Shown here: one piece after another, positions 38,393 to 47,837 of the stretch
Position numbering within the stretch: position 1 is the first letter of the stretch
Layout: each line of letters opens with the position of its first letter
Assembly (NCBI GenBank): GCA_002280395.1
Contig: NCDW01000002.1
Coordinates: 1-47,837, forward strand
Source of the DNA: Flavobacteriales bacterium 32-35-8
GTDB lineage: Bacteria > Bacteroidota > Bacteroidia > Flavobacteriales > Flavobacteriaceae
Direction of reading: 5' to 3'
Length of the DNA: 47,837 nt
The notes under the pieces: model-generated
What the model was told of the DNA's origin: nothing
Database searches by the model: none
What the model saw: only the letters and a program-made list of their open reading frames with translations
Program-made: the position numbers and the translations under genes

Positions 38393-39184
38393 ATGGATTT
38401 ACATTTAAAAGATAAAGTAGTCGTTGTAACAGGCGCAGCAGGAATCAAAGGAAGCATCGGCGAAACCATTGTGCAGTCTTTGGCAAATGAAGGTGCCATT
38501 CCGGTGATTGTTTGTAGAAACGATCGAGGTTATGGTTATGAGAAGGAATTAAAGGAAAAAGGAATTGATGCGCTTTTTGTTAAAACAGATTTAAAAAATC
38601 CTGTAGAGATTGAAGCTGCGGCAAAAATGATTGGAGAAAAATACGGACGTATAGATGCGCTGATTAATAATGTAGGTGTTAATGATGGTGCGGGATTGGA
38701 TGCATCAATAGAAGCGTTTATGGACTCACTCCAACTGAATCTTGTTAGCTTTTTTGCTATGACAAAGTATTGTTTGCCATACATCAAAAAATCTAAAGGA
38801 AATATATTGAACATAGGTTCCAAAGTAGCACTTACTGGACAAGGGAGAACCTCTGGATATGCTGCTTCTAAAGGCGGTGTTTTAGGACTCACTAGGGAAT
38901 GGGCGGTAGATTTGATTAAAGAAGGCATCCGTGTGAACGCCATTATTATTGCCGAAAGTTGGACGCCAGCTTATGATACATGGATTCAAACCTTGGAAAA
39001 TGGCGAAGAGAAATTACAAGCCATTGTCAAAAAAATTCCGTTGGAAAATAGAATGACCACACCGCAGGAAATAGCAGATACGTGTTTGTTCGCGATTTCC
39101 GATAGGTCATCGCACACCACAGGACAATTTATAACGGTTGATGGCGGTTATGTTCATTTAGATCGCTCGTTATTAACGGAATAA
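38393..39184 (+). CDS. SDR L-fucose dehydrogenase-like protein
   Basis: MDLHLKDKVVVVTG, GVNDG.GL, SKVALTGQG.TSGYAASKG and LTREWA. Confidence 0.82.
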   Translation: MDLHLKDKVVVVTGAAGIKGSIGETIVQSLANEGAIPVIVCRNDRGYGYEKELKEKGIDALFVKTDLKNPVEIEAAAKMIGEKYGRIDALINNVGVNDGAGLDASIEAFMDSLQLNLVSFFAMTKYCLPYIKKSKGNILNIGSKVALTGQGRTSGYAASKGGVLGLTREWAVDLIKEGIRVNAIIIAESWTPAYDTWIQTLENGEEKLQAIVKKIPLENRMTTPQEIADTCLFAISDRSSHTTGQFITVDGGYVHLDRSLLTE

Positions 39185-39243
39185 AAACTTTTTAAACATA
39201 AGCTAATCACCACTTAGCTTATAAAACTACTAACTAAATTATT

Positions 39244-40575
39244 ATGAGTTCCACCACCAAAATTCCAGTTGTTGCTAAATCGGTTATACTACCATTTATT
39301 TTAATCACCTCACTTTTTGCTCTTTGGGGATTTGCAAACGACATCACCAATCCCATGGTTTCGGCTTTCAAAAAAGTATTGGAACTGGATAATTTCCAGG
39401 CGTCATTGGTGCAATTGGCTTTTTATGGGGGTTATTTCACCATGGCCCTGCCAGCAGCTATTTTTGTAAATAAGTATTCTTATAAAAAAGGGGTTTTACT
39501 CGGACTGGCTTTATATGCCGTTGGTGCCTTACTTTTTTATCCTGCTGCAAAATTGGAAGCCTTTGGTTTTTTCTTAGCGGCATTATATATTTTGACATTT
39601 GGATTGGCGTTTTTAGAAACTACTGCTAATCCTTATATCTTATCCATGGGGCATGAAGCAACAGCGACACAACGTCTTAATTTGGCCCAAGCTTTCAATC
39701 CCATTGGAGCTTTGGGCGGATTAATTATTGCACAAAAATTCATTTTAGGATTTTTACAATCAGATGATTTAAATCCGGATGGAACCCCAGTTTATGAATC
39801 ATTAAGCGAAACGGCTAAAGCAGCGGTTCGTACTTCAGATTTATTGGTCATTCGTAATCCGTATGTCATTTTAGGAATGGTTGTTATTGGTTTCTTGGTG
39901 TTGATTGCTTTAATAAAAATGCCACAGAATAAAGAGCAAGAAGCTAAAGTTCATATCGGACAATCAATTACTAGACTATTTCAATCGAAAAAATTTGTTT
40001 GGGGCGTTATTGCTCAAGCATTTTATGTAGGGGCACAAATTATGTGTTGGACGTATTTATATCAATATGCTGAATCCATTGGTATTGATAATCAATCTGC
40101 CGTTATCTATGGTATTGCAGCTTTGGTTATTTTTTTAACTGGGAGATGGGTTGGAACGGCATTATTAAAATATGTTAATAGTGGTCAGTTATTGTTTTAT
40201 TTTTCTCTTGGAGCATTAGTTTGTACCATGGTTACTATTTTTATTACCGGAATGATAGGGCTTTATGCCTTAGTTGGGATATCGTTTTTTATGTCTATTA
40301 TGTTTCCAACCATTTATGGGATTGCTTTAGAAGGGCAGGGTGAAGATGCTAAATTTGGTGCCGCCTTTTTAGTCATGGCTATTGTTGGTGGTGCACTCAT
40401 GCCAACATTACAAGGATTGATTTTAGATATAGGCGGTATAGGTTATACAGATACACGTATTTTGGGAGTTCCAGAAGTTAATTTCTCTTTTTTGCTACCT
40501 GCCATTTGTTTCTTAGTTGTTGGATATTATGGGATAATGGTATATAAGAATATATTTAAAAGCCATGGAAACTAA
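39244..40575 (+). CDS. fucP: L-fucose:H+ symporter (MFS)
   Basis: FILITSLFALWGFA, LETTANPY, RLNLAQAFNP, MSIMFPTIY and VMAIVGGA. Confidence 0.9.
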   Translation: MSSTTKIPVVAKSVILPFILITSLFALWGFANDITNPMVSAFKKVLELDNFQASLVQLAFYGGYFTMALPAAIFVNKYSYKKGVLLGLALYAVGALLFYPAAKLEAFGFFLAALYILTFGLAFLETTANPYILSMGHEATATQRLNLAQAFNPIGALGGLIIAQKFILGFLQSDDLNPDGTPVYESLSETAKAAVRTSDLLVIRNPYVILGMVVIGFLVLIALIKMPQNKEQEAKVHIGQSITRLFQSKKFVWGVIAQAFYVGAQIMCWTYLYQYAESIGIDNQSAVIYGIAALVIFLTGRWVGTALLKYVNSGQLLFYFSLGALVCTMVTIFITGMIGLYALVGISFFMSIMFPTIYGIALEGQGEDAKFGAAFLVMAIVGGALMPTLQGLILDIGGIGYTDTRILGVPEVNFSFLLPAICFLVVGYYGIMVYKNIFKSHGN

Positions 40576-40903
40576 AAAATATTATTTATTCTGTGATTTG
40601 AAAGATGATGAAAAACTAATAGCAGAATACAAAGCATACCATAAGAAGGTTTGGCCAGAAATCATAAAAAGTATTAAAGATTCTGGGATTGTGAATATGG
40701 AAATTTATAATAAAGGCAATAGGTTATTTATGATTATGGAAGTGAATGATACTTTTTCATTCCAGAAAAAGGCAGAAATGGATGCCAATAATACAAAAGT
40801 ACAAGAATGGGAAACACTTATGTGGAACTATCAGCAAAAAGTCCCAATGGCTAGAGAAGGTGAAAAATGGCTTCTTTTAGATAGGATCTTTAAGTTAATA
40901 TAA
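40565..40903 (+). CDS. L-rhamnose/L-fucose mutarotase (RhaM family)
   Basis: DLKDD...I.EY..YH..VWPE and VQEWE.LM..YQ. Confidence 0.85.
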   Translation: METKKYYLFCDLKDDEKLIAEYKAYHKKVWPEIIKSIKDSGIVNMEIYNKGNRLFMIMEVNDTFSFQKKAEMDANNTKVQEWETLMWNYQQKVPMAREGEKWLLLDRIFKLI

Positions 40904-40953
40904 ATTTGAATATGGCAGATTAAAAGAAATAACATACAGGCTTAAAAAAAAAC

Positions 40954-40988
40954 AAACCCTGTCAGAGTTTTAAACTCTGGCAGGGTTT
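40954..40988. terminator. Bidirectional terminator / REP-like hairpin between convergent operons
   Basis: AAACCCTGTCAGAGTTT-T-AAACTCTGGCAGGGTTT. Confidence 0.8.
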
Positions 40989-41028
40989 TGTCTTAATAAA
41001 ACGATACAAATTATATATTTATAAATCC

Positions 41029-42594
41029 TTACGAAAGATATATATAAAGCAAAACCACAAGGGCACAAATAGTATAACCAACAGGTTTTAAATATTTCCA
41101 AGGAGAAATATCTACTTGTTTAGTATATTCATCAAAGAAATCGGTTTCTCTTGGTTTAAAATAACTAATAATGTACATAAGTGCTATGGTCAACACAAAT
41201 AAGATTCCCATAAGATGCAGGAAACTGATGTTTGGTTTAATTACATATAAGGTAATTAAATAGGTAACAGCACTAAATACAATAGCTAAATTTGCTGCTT
41301 TTCCAGTAACTCTCTTTGAAAAAATACCAACGATTACAATGGCTAAAATCGGCACACTATGGGTTCCGTTTAATTGTTGCAGATACGTGAAAACACCACC
41401 TTGCACACCATATAATAAAGGTGCGATGGCCATAGAGAAAATGCCTAAAACGGCTCCAAAAATTTTACCGGCTTTTACGGTTTGTCTTTCAGAAGCATCT
41501 TTATTTATGTATTCTTTATAAAAATCTAGTCCGAACAACGTCACGGAACTATTTAAAGCACTATTAAAAGAACTTAAAATAGCACCAAAAAGAACAGCTG
41601 CGAAGAAACCTATAAAAGCGGCTGGAAGTACTCTTTTTACCAACATAGGATACGCTTCATCAGCATTCGGGATATCACCATTAAATATATAAAAAGCAAT
41701 GATTCCTGGTAGCACCACGATGAAAGGTCCTAATATTTTAATAAAAGCGGCTAATAATAATCCTTTCTGACCTTCTTTTAAGTTTTTAGCCCCCAATGCT
41801 CTTTGAATAATGGCTTGATTGGTTCCCCAATAGTAAAAGTTTACTATAATCATCCCGGTAAACAATGTCCAGAAAGGCACATCAGAATCTGGACCTCCAA
41901 TAATAACAAACTTTTCAGGTAATGCTGTAGTTAAAGTTTCTAAGCCCGTAAATACATTCCCATCTCCAATATACATCAACCCAAAAATAGGAATTAAAGA
42001 ACCACCTATAATTAAACCGATGGCATTTATGGAATCAGATACGGCAACAGCTTTTAAACCTCCAAAAATCGCATAAATAGCACCGATTAAGCCAATTGCC
42101 CAAACGGTTACCCAAAGTGCAGGTATGGGTTCCATGCCTAACATTTCAGGAACATCAAACATGCTATTGATGGCCAATGCACCAGAATATAATACTGTTG
42201 GAAGCATTGAGATGGCATATCCTAATAAGAATAATAATGATACTATGGTTTTGGTAGTTTTACCATATCTTTTTTCAAGAAATTGAGGTATGGTCGCAAT
42301 ACCCACTTTTAGGTATTTGGGAAGCAACACAAAAGCTGTAAAAACCATCGCAATGGCAGCAACCACTTCATATGCCATAATGGGTAGGCCATCTCTGAAT
42401 GATACACCATTCATCCCCACAATTTGTTCAGTGGATAAGTTGGTAAGTAATAAAGAACCAGCGATGACAGGTCCTGTTAAACTTCGACCTCCTAAAAAGT
42501 ATCCGTCTGATGTGTTTTCATCCGTTTTTCGAGTCGACCACCATGCAATAATAGCAACTAGCAGGGTGAAACCAACAAAAGATATAATTCCCAT
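41029..42594 (-). CDS. Solute:sodium symporter (SSS) family sugar transporter
   Basis: GYFLGGRSL, SLLLTNLSTEQ, GGLKAVAVSD and WGTNQAIIQRAL. Confidence 0.9.
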   Translation of the reverse strand: MGIISFVGFTLLVAIIAWWSTRKTDENTSDGYFLGGRSLTGPVIAGSLLLTNLSTEQIVGMNGVSFRDGLPIMAYEVVAAIAMVFTAFVLLPKYLKVGIATIPQFLEKRYGKTTKTIVSLLFLLGYAISMLPTVLYSGALAINSMFDVPEMLGMEPIPALWVTVWAIGLIGAIYAIFGGLKAVAVSDSINAIGLIIGGSLIPIFGLMYIGDGNVFTGLETLTTALPEKFVIIGGPDSDVPFWTLFTGMIIVNFYYWGTNQAIIQRALGAKNLKEGQKGLLLAAFIKILGPFIVVLPGIIAFYIFNGDIPNADEAYPMLVKRVLPAAFIGFFAAVLFGAILSSFNSALNSSVTLFGLDFYKEYINKDASERQTVKAGKIFGAVLGIFSMAIAPLLYGVQGGVFTYLQQLNGTHSVPILAIVIVGIFSKRVTGKAANLAIVFSAVTYLITLYVIKPNISFLHLMGILFVLTIALMYIISYFKPRETDFFDEYTKQVDISPWKYLKPVGYTICALVVLLYIYLS

Positions 42595-42653
42595 AATTTA
42601 TTTTTAATTTATTTATTAGTTAAGTGGTCGGTAATGTACGTCCTTATTCTTTT

Positions 42654-43822
42654 TTATTTTACTGAAAATTTAAAAGTAGTTTTTGACATATAATTTTCTC
42701 CCGGACTTAAAACTACAGATGGGAAATCTTTTTGGTTAGGGGAATCTGGATAGTGTTGTGTTTCTAAACAAAAACCGGTTCTGTGACCATAAGTGCCTCC
42801 TTGTTTGCTTGGCAACGTACCATCTAAAAAGTTGCCGGTATATAATTGAATGCCTGGTTCATCAGTAAACACTTCCATTAACCTGCCGGTTTCAGGATGG
42901 TAAGCTGATGCAGCCAATCTCATGCCTTCATTTTGGTTGTTAAGTACCCAGCAATGATCATAACCACCACCTCTTTTCAACTGCTCATCTTTTACTTCAA
43001 TATCTTTGCCAATAGTTTTGGCTTGTCTGAAATCAAAAGGTGTATTGGTAACATCTGTTAATTGTCCGGTTGGTATCAAAGTAGCATCAACAGGAACTAA
43101 TTTATCTGAGTTAATTGTAACCTCGTGATCTAAAATAGGTTTGGTAAAATCCCCAGACAAATTAAAGTAAGAATGTTGTGTAAGGTTTACAACGGTTTTT
43201 TTATCGGTGGTAGCTTCATAAACAACATCTAAATTATTATCGTTGTTAAGTGTATAAGTAACTTTAGTTTCTAAATTACCAGGGTAACCTTCTTCCATAT
43301 CTTTACTTAAATAGGTTAGAACTAAAGAGGCTGTGCTGTCTGTTAATACTTCATTTGCTGTCCAAACCACTTTATCAAATCCTTTAACGCCACCATGTAA
43401 ATGATTTTTACCATCGTTGGCTGCCAATTTGTATTCAGTACCATCCAATGAAAATTTAGCATTTGCAATTCTGTTGCCAAACCTGCCAATTAAAGCACCA
43501 AAATATATTTGTGTATGCTATCAAAACCTAAAACGATGTCCTTGTATTCGCCATTTTTATCTGGTGCCGTCCAAGATGTTATGATACCTCCGTAAGTAAT
43601 GATACTGATTTCCATGCCTTTTTCATTTTTTAAAATGAATTTATCTACAGCAATGCTATCTGTTGTTGTTCCAAAAGGTTCTTTTGTAATAGTTACAAGG
43701 TTTTTCATTTCTTCGACAGGTGTAATATTAGTATCCGCTTTTTTTTCATTTTTACATTGAATGCTTAATAAGGCGAAACCTACTAAGGTAACTACATAAA
43801 AACTACGCTTTAATGTGTTCAT
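42654..43822 (-). pseudogene. galM: Aldose 1-epimerase (GalM), split by a frameshifting deletion near 43505
   Basis: The 5' ORF ends DIVLGFDSIHKY-ILVL*. Another frame resumes YFGALIGRFGNRIA and continues through NHLHGG, NLTQHSYFNL, GYDHCW and FCLETQHYPDSPN. Confidence 0.85.
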
Positions 43823-43848
43823 TTGTTTGTGGTGTTTTAGTTAAACAA

Positions 43849-45357
43849 TTATAAACGATGCTGAAACATATTGTAATAGGCTTCGTTGGCATTGATTTTA
43901 TCTTTAAATTCCCTTACGGACGTGTTATTATCTATAACCAATAATTCTACACCAGCAATATCGGCAAAATCTTCCATATATTCAGTAGTAATGGCTTGAC
44001 TATACACCGTATGATGGGCACCACCAGCTAAAATCCAAGCTGTTGCTGCCACTTCTAAATTAGGTTTGGCATCCCATAAGACTCTGGCAACTGGAAGTTT
44101 TGGTAAATCTGCCATCGGTTTTACAGCCTCTACTTCATTAACAATCAGTCTAAATCTATTACCCATATCAACCAAAGATACGTTAATAGCATCACCAGCA
44201 GGCGAATTAAATACCAATCTCACGGGATCTTCTTTACCACCAATGCCTAACGGATGTACTTCACAAGATGTTTTTCCATCGGTAATGGACGGACAAATTT
44301 CTAACATGTGAGAACCTAGGACATACGATTTTTCAGGAGTGAAATGATAGGTGTAATCTTCCATGAAAGACGTGCCACCTTCTAAACCATAATTCATAAC
44401 TTTTAAAGCTCTAACCATAGCCGCTGTTTTCCAATCGCCTTCTCCAGCAAAACCATAGCCATCGGCCATCAAGCGTTGTGCAGCAATACCTGGTAATTGT
44501 TTTAAAGCACCTAAATTTTCAAACGTATCTGTGAATGCTTTAAAACCACCTTCATCTAAAAAAGAACGTAAGCCTAATTCGATTTTTGCTGCTTCCACTA
44601 AAGATTGTCTTTTGTCGCCGCCTTTTTTAAGTGATGGTGTTAAGTCGTAGGAAGATTCATAAATCTCCAGTAAGTTGTTTAAATCGCTTTCTGAAACTTT
44701 CTCTATATGCTTAACGATATCTGAAGAATCGTAACCATTCACCGACATGCCAAAACGAATTTGCGCTTCTACTTTGTCGCCATCAGTCACAGCAACTTCA
44801 CGCATGTTATCTCCAAATCTAGCGACTTTTAAGTTTTGTAAATCATCCCAGCCTAATACCACGCGAGACCAAATTCCTAATTTTTTCTGAACGCGTTCGC
44901 TTTGCCAATGGCCTACAACCACTTTACGTTTTTTACGCATTCTAGACATGATATAACCAAATTCCCTGTCACCATGTGCAGATTGATTTAGATTCATAAA
45001 ATCCATATCAATGGTACTCCAAGGAATTTCAGCATTAAATTGGGTGTGCAAATGGCAAATGGGTTTGTTCAAAATGGTCAACCCATTAATCCACATTTTA
45101 GCTGGTGAAAATGTGTGCATCCAAGTGATTAAACCAATACAGTTTTTTTCTGCATTTGCTTCTTGGCAAATATTAGTGATTTCGCTTGGGGTTTTTACGG
45201 TAGGTTTAAAAACGATTTTCACAGGAATGTGAGATGTCGCATTTAAACCTTTTACAATTTCTTGAGAATTTAAAGCCACCTGTTTTAAAGTTTCCTCTCC
45301 GTATAAATGTTGGCTACCGGTTACAAACCAAATTTCTTTTTTAGATATATCTATCAT
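43849..45357 (-). CDS. araA: L-arabinose isomerase
   Basis: [36 protein letters not shown] and AGGAHH. Confidence 0.96.
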   Translation of the reverse strand: MIDISKKEIWFVTGSQHLYGEETLKQVALNSQEIVKGLNATSHIPVKIVFKPTVKTPSEITNICQEANAEKNCIGLITWMHTFSPAKMWINGLTILNKPICHLHTQFNAEIPWSTIDMDFMNLNQSAHGDREFGYIMSRMRKKRKVVVGHWQSERVQKKLGIWSRVVLGWDDLQNLKVARFGDNMREVAVTDGDKVEAQIRFGMSVNGYDSSDIVKHIEKVSESDLNNLLEIYESSYDLTPSLKKGGDKRQSLVEAAKIELGLRSFLDEGGFKAFTDTFENLGALKQLPGIAAQRLMADGYGFAGEGDWKTAAMVRALKVMNYGLEGGTSFMEDYTYHFTPEKSYVLGSHMLEICPSITDGKTSCEVHPLGIGGKEDPVRLVFNSPAGDAINVSLVDMGNRFRLIVNEVEAVKPMADLPKLPVARVLWDAKPNLEVAATAWILAGGAHHTVYSQAITTEYMEDFADIAGVELLVIDNNTSVREFKDKINANEAYYNMFQHRL

Positions 45358-45382
45358 TTTTAATAATATGAATTATAGTTAG

Positions 45383-46084
45383 TTATTGACCGTAATAGGA
45401 ATTTTTTCCGTGTTTACGCTCGTAATGTTTTTTGATTAATGAATCTTTAAGTCGGGGTGCATTCGGATTTATTTGTCGGGTTAAATAAGCCATTTCGGCT
45501 ACGACTTCCAACACTTTACTGTTATAAACAGCTTTGGCAGCATTTTTCCCCCAAGCAAAAGGGCCGTGGTTTCCGATAAGAATCATTTCGACTTCTTGAT
45601 AGGAAAGACCTTTGTTTTTAAAACAATCTAAGATTTGAATACCTGTATTGTGCTCGTAATTTCCTTGGATAAGATCATCGCTCATGGGCGGCGCACAAGG
45701 AATATCAGAGGTTAAATGGTCGGCATGGGTCGTTCCAAAAATAGGAATATCCAATTGCGATTGTGCCCAAGCGCAAGAATACGTAGCGTGTGTATGGGCG
45801 ATTCCACCAATATCTTCCCAATGTTTATAAAGGTAAGAATGCGTTTTAGTGTCCGATGAAGGTCGCATCGTACCTTCAATGATATTATTATCAAAATCTA
45901 AAATAACAATATCTTCAGGTTTTAAAACCTCGTAAGGCACGCCACTAGGTTTGATGGCAAACACGCCATTTTTTCTATCTACGGCACTCACGTTTCCAAA
46001 GGTATAAACTACCAAGCCCAGTGCTTGTAATTGCATATTGGCTTCGTAGCACTCTTGTTTTAAATCTTTATATTTTGAACTCAT
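45383..46084 (-). CDS. araD: L-ribulose-5-phosphate 4-epimerase
   Basis: TFGNVS, IKPSGVPY, PSSDT.TH, HTH, GTTHAD and HYERKHG...YYGQ. Confidence 0.95.
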   Translation of the reverse strand: MSSKYKDLKQECYEANMQLQALGLVVYTFGNVSAVDRKNGVFAIKPSGVPYEVLKPEDIVILDFDNNIIEGTMRPSSDTKTHSYLYKHWEDIGGIAHTHATYSCAWAQSQLDIPIFGTTHADHLTSDIPCAPPMSDDLIQGNYEHNTGIQILDCFKNKGLSYQEVEMILIGNHGPFAWGKNAAKAVYNSKVLEVVAEMAYLTRQINPNAPRLKDSLIKKHYERKHGKNSYYGQ

Positions 46085-46092
46085 GTTTCGTG

Positions 46093-47757
46093 TTAGTTTA
46101 CAGATTCAATAAAAGCACACAATTCTGAATAAGAATCCATCAGTAATTTATAATCTTCAATTTTATCGTTTTCAGGAAAATATTCTGCTTCAAAATCGCT
46201 TCCCATGTGTTTACTCGCTTCAATGACATTCGGATAAATGCCTGCTGCCACGGCTGCATAAATCGCAGCTCCCAAAGCGGGTGCTTGATCTGATTCCGCT
46301 ACTTTAATCGGCTTATTTAAAACATTCGCCAACGTTTGCATGATGAAAGGCGATTTTCTAGCCACACCACCAATACCAATAACGGTATCGATGCGCACAC
46401 CTTCTTCTTCAAACCGATCCACAATTTTTTTAGAGCCGAAGCAAATGGCATTTATTAATGCTTTAAAAATATGTGGTGCTCTGGTACCTAATGATAAATT
46501 GGACATCGCGGCTTTTAATTCCTGATTGGCATCAGGCGTTCTGCGGCCGTTAATCCAATCCAATGCGGTTGGAATACTTTCCGATAACGGAATCGCTGCT
46601 GCTTGTTCACTTAATTTTTTAATAAAGTTGGCATCGATTTCTTCTTTTAAATCGACTTTCTGTTCAGCACTCAATATGTTAGATGATAATACCAAATTGT
46701 CAATAGGCCAATACAAAACATCTTTAAACCAAGCCAATACATCGCCAAAAGCGGATTGACCAGCTTCTAAACCTATTAAACCAGGAATAACGGAACCATC
46801 AACTTGGCCGCAAATACCAGGAACTGTTTTAGTGCCTATCACATTTTTTGGAGAGACCATGATATCGCAGGTGGAAGTTCCCATAACGCGAACCAAGGTG
46901 TTTTCATCTATTTTGGCGCCAACGGCTCCAGAATGGGCATCAAACGTACCAACGGCTACGACTGTATTTGTTGATAACCCTAATTTCTCAGCCCATTCTT
47001 GACTCAGATTTCCAGCTATTTCATCCGAAGTATGCGTGTCTTTATAAAGTCGTCCTTTAAGTTTTACTAGGTACGGATCTAACTGATTCAAAAAGGCATC
47101 ATCTGGCAAACCGCCCCAGCTTTCATGCCACATGGCTTTGTGTCCAGCGGCACATCGGCTTCTTTTAAAGGATTTTAAATCTTTATTGTCGATTAATAAA
47201 TATGTCATTAAATCGCAATGTTCCATCCAAGTGAACGCCGCATTTTTAACGGCTTCGTCTTCACGGATGACATGTAATATTTTAGCCCAAAACCATTCCG
47301 AGGAGTAAATACCACCTTCATATTTTGTGAAATCCTCACCACCCCAATTAGCGGCTAAGTCGTTAATTTCATTAGCTTCACCAATCGCTGTATGATCTTT
47401 CCATAACACCATCATGGCATTCGGATTTTCTTCAAAACCCTTCACTAAAGCGAGCGGCCTACCATCTTCTGTCATTGGAACGGGCGAAGATCCTGTGGTG
47501 TCAATACAAATGGCTTTTATGGATTCGGCATTAATGTTGCTTTTAGAAACTATTGATTTGATGGTTTTTTCCAATCCTTCAATATGGTCTAAAGGGTGTT
47601 GTCTAAACTGGTTTATCGATGCATTACAATACGCACCTTTTTTCCAACGGGAGTACCACTGTACTTCTGAGGCTATTTCTTTTCCATTTTCGGAATCAAT
47701 GAGTACGGCACGAACGGAGTCAGAACCATAATCCAATCCTATCACATAACTTTTCAT
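46093..47757 (-). CDS. araB: Ribulokinase
   Basis: IGLDYGSDSVRA, WKDHTA, YSSEWFWAK, DAHSG, EAGQSAFGD and DWINGRRTP. Start taken as ATG 47757. Confidence 0.95.
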   Translation of the reverse strand: MKSYVIGLDYGSDSVRAVLIDSENGKEIASEVQWYSRWKKGAYCNASINQFRQHPLDHIEGLEKTIKSIVSKSNINAESIKAICIDTTGSSPVPMTEDGRPLALVKGFEENPNAMMVLWKDHTAIGEANEINDLAANWGGEDFTKYEGGIYSSEWFWAKILHVIREDEAVKNAAFTWMEHCDLMTYLLIDNKDLKSFKRSRCAAGHKAMWHESWGGLPDDAFLNQLDPYLVKLKGRLYKDTHTSDEIAGNLSQEWAEKLGLSTNTVVAVGTFDAHSGAVGAKIDENTLVRVMGTSTCDIMVSPKNVIGTKTVPGICGQVDGSVIPGLIGLEAGQSAFGDVLAWFKDVLYWPIDNLVLSSNILSAEQKVDLKEEIDANFIKKLSEQAAAIPLSESIPTALDWINGRRTPDANQELKAAMSNLSLGTRAPHIFKALINAICFGSKKIVDRFEEEGVRIDTVIGIGGVARKSPFIMQTLANVLNKPIKVAESDQAPALGAAIYAAVAAGIYPNVIEASKHMGSDFEAEYFPENDKIEDYKLLMDSYSELCAFIESVN

Positions 47758-47837
47758 TATAAAATCTTTGAGTAGCAACAAATATAATATAAAATTATAT
47801 AAGTGTAAAAAAAACACTATTTTGCTGTGTTGTTTAA

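Noticed and set aside
47758-47817. 20-aa N-terminal extension of AraB
   Set aside because: AT-rich upstream sequence; homology begins at MKSYVIGLDYG (ATG 47757).

Overview
The window has three parts. (1) Bases 1-~704 are GC-rich, proteobacterial-looking DNA: the 3' end of an AcuI/YhdH-type oxidoreductase and the 5' part of an AhpD-like peroxidase-related gene. This DNA is cut mid-gene and joined to AT-rich Bacteroidota (Flavobacteriaceae-like) DNA, most likely by an assembly or concatenation chimera. (2) Bases ~705-26633 are the right-hand part of an integrative conjugative element (ICE) inserted at a tRNA-Leu(TAG). It carries a SusC/SusD/TlpA operon converging on a MauE/DoxX + small secreted Cys-peptide pair. 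A SpoIIAA/STAS-like + HAMP-PAS-AraC pair is divergent from an alpha-oxoamine-synthase/GNAT fusion that is apparently co-transcribed with rteC. The rest comprises an HTH/initiator/DnaC-like module with iteron-like repeats, hipBA, an amidase, a reduced Bacteroidetes tra cluster with no relaxase or coupling protein in the window, an ORF6N pseudogene and a tyrosine integrase beside the att site. (3) Bases ~26900-47837 are host sugar-catabolism genes: GH10 xylanase, Weimberg-type oxidative pentose genes, a non-phosphorylative L-fucose/L-galactose-type cluster, an SSS transporter, a frameshifted galM and araA-araD-araB. The best candidate for an undescribed system is the ICE's left module, hypothesised to be a small-molecule and/or peptide signalling circuit wired to rteC, with candidate structured RNAs. 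All family calls come from motif recognition by eye, not database searches.
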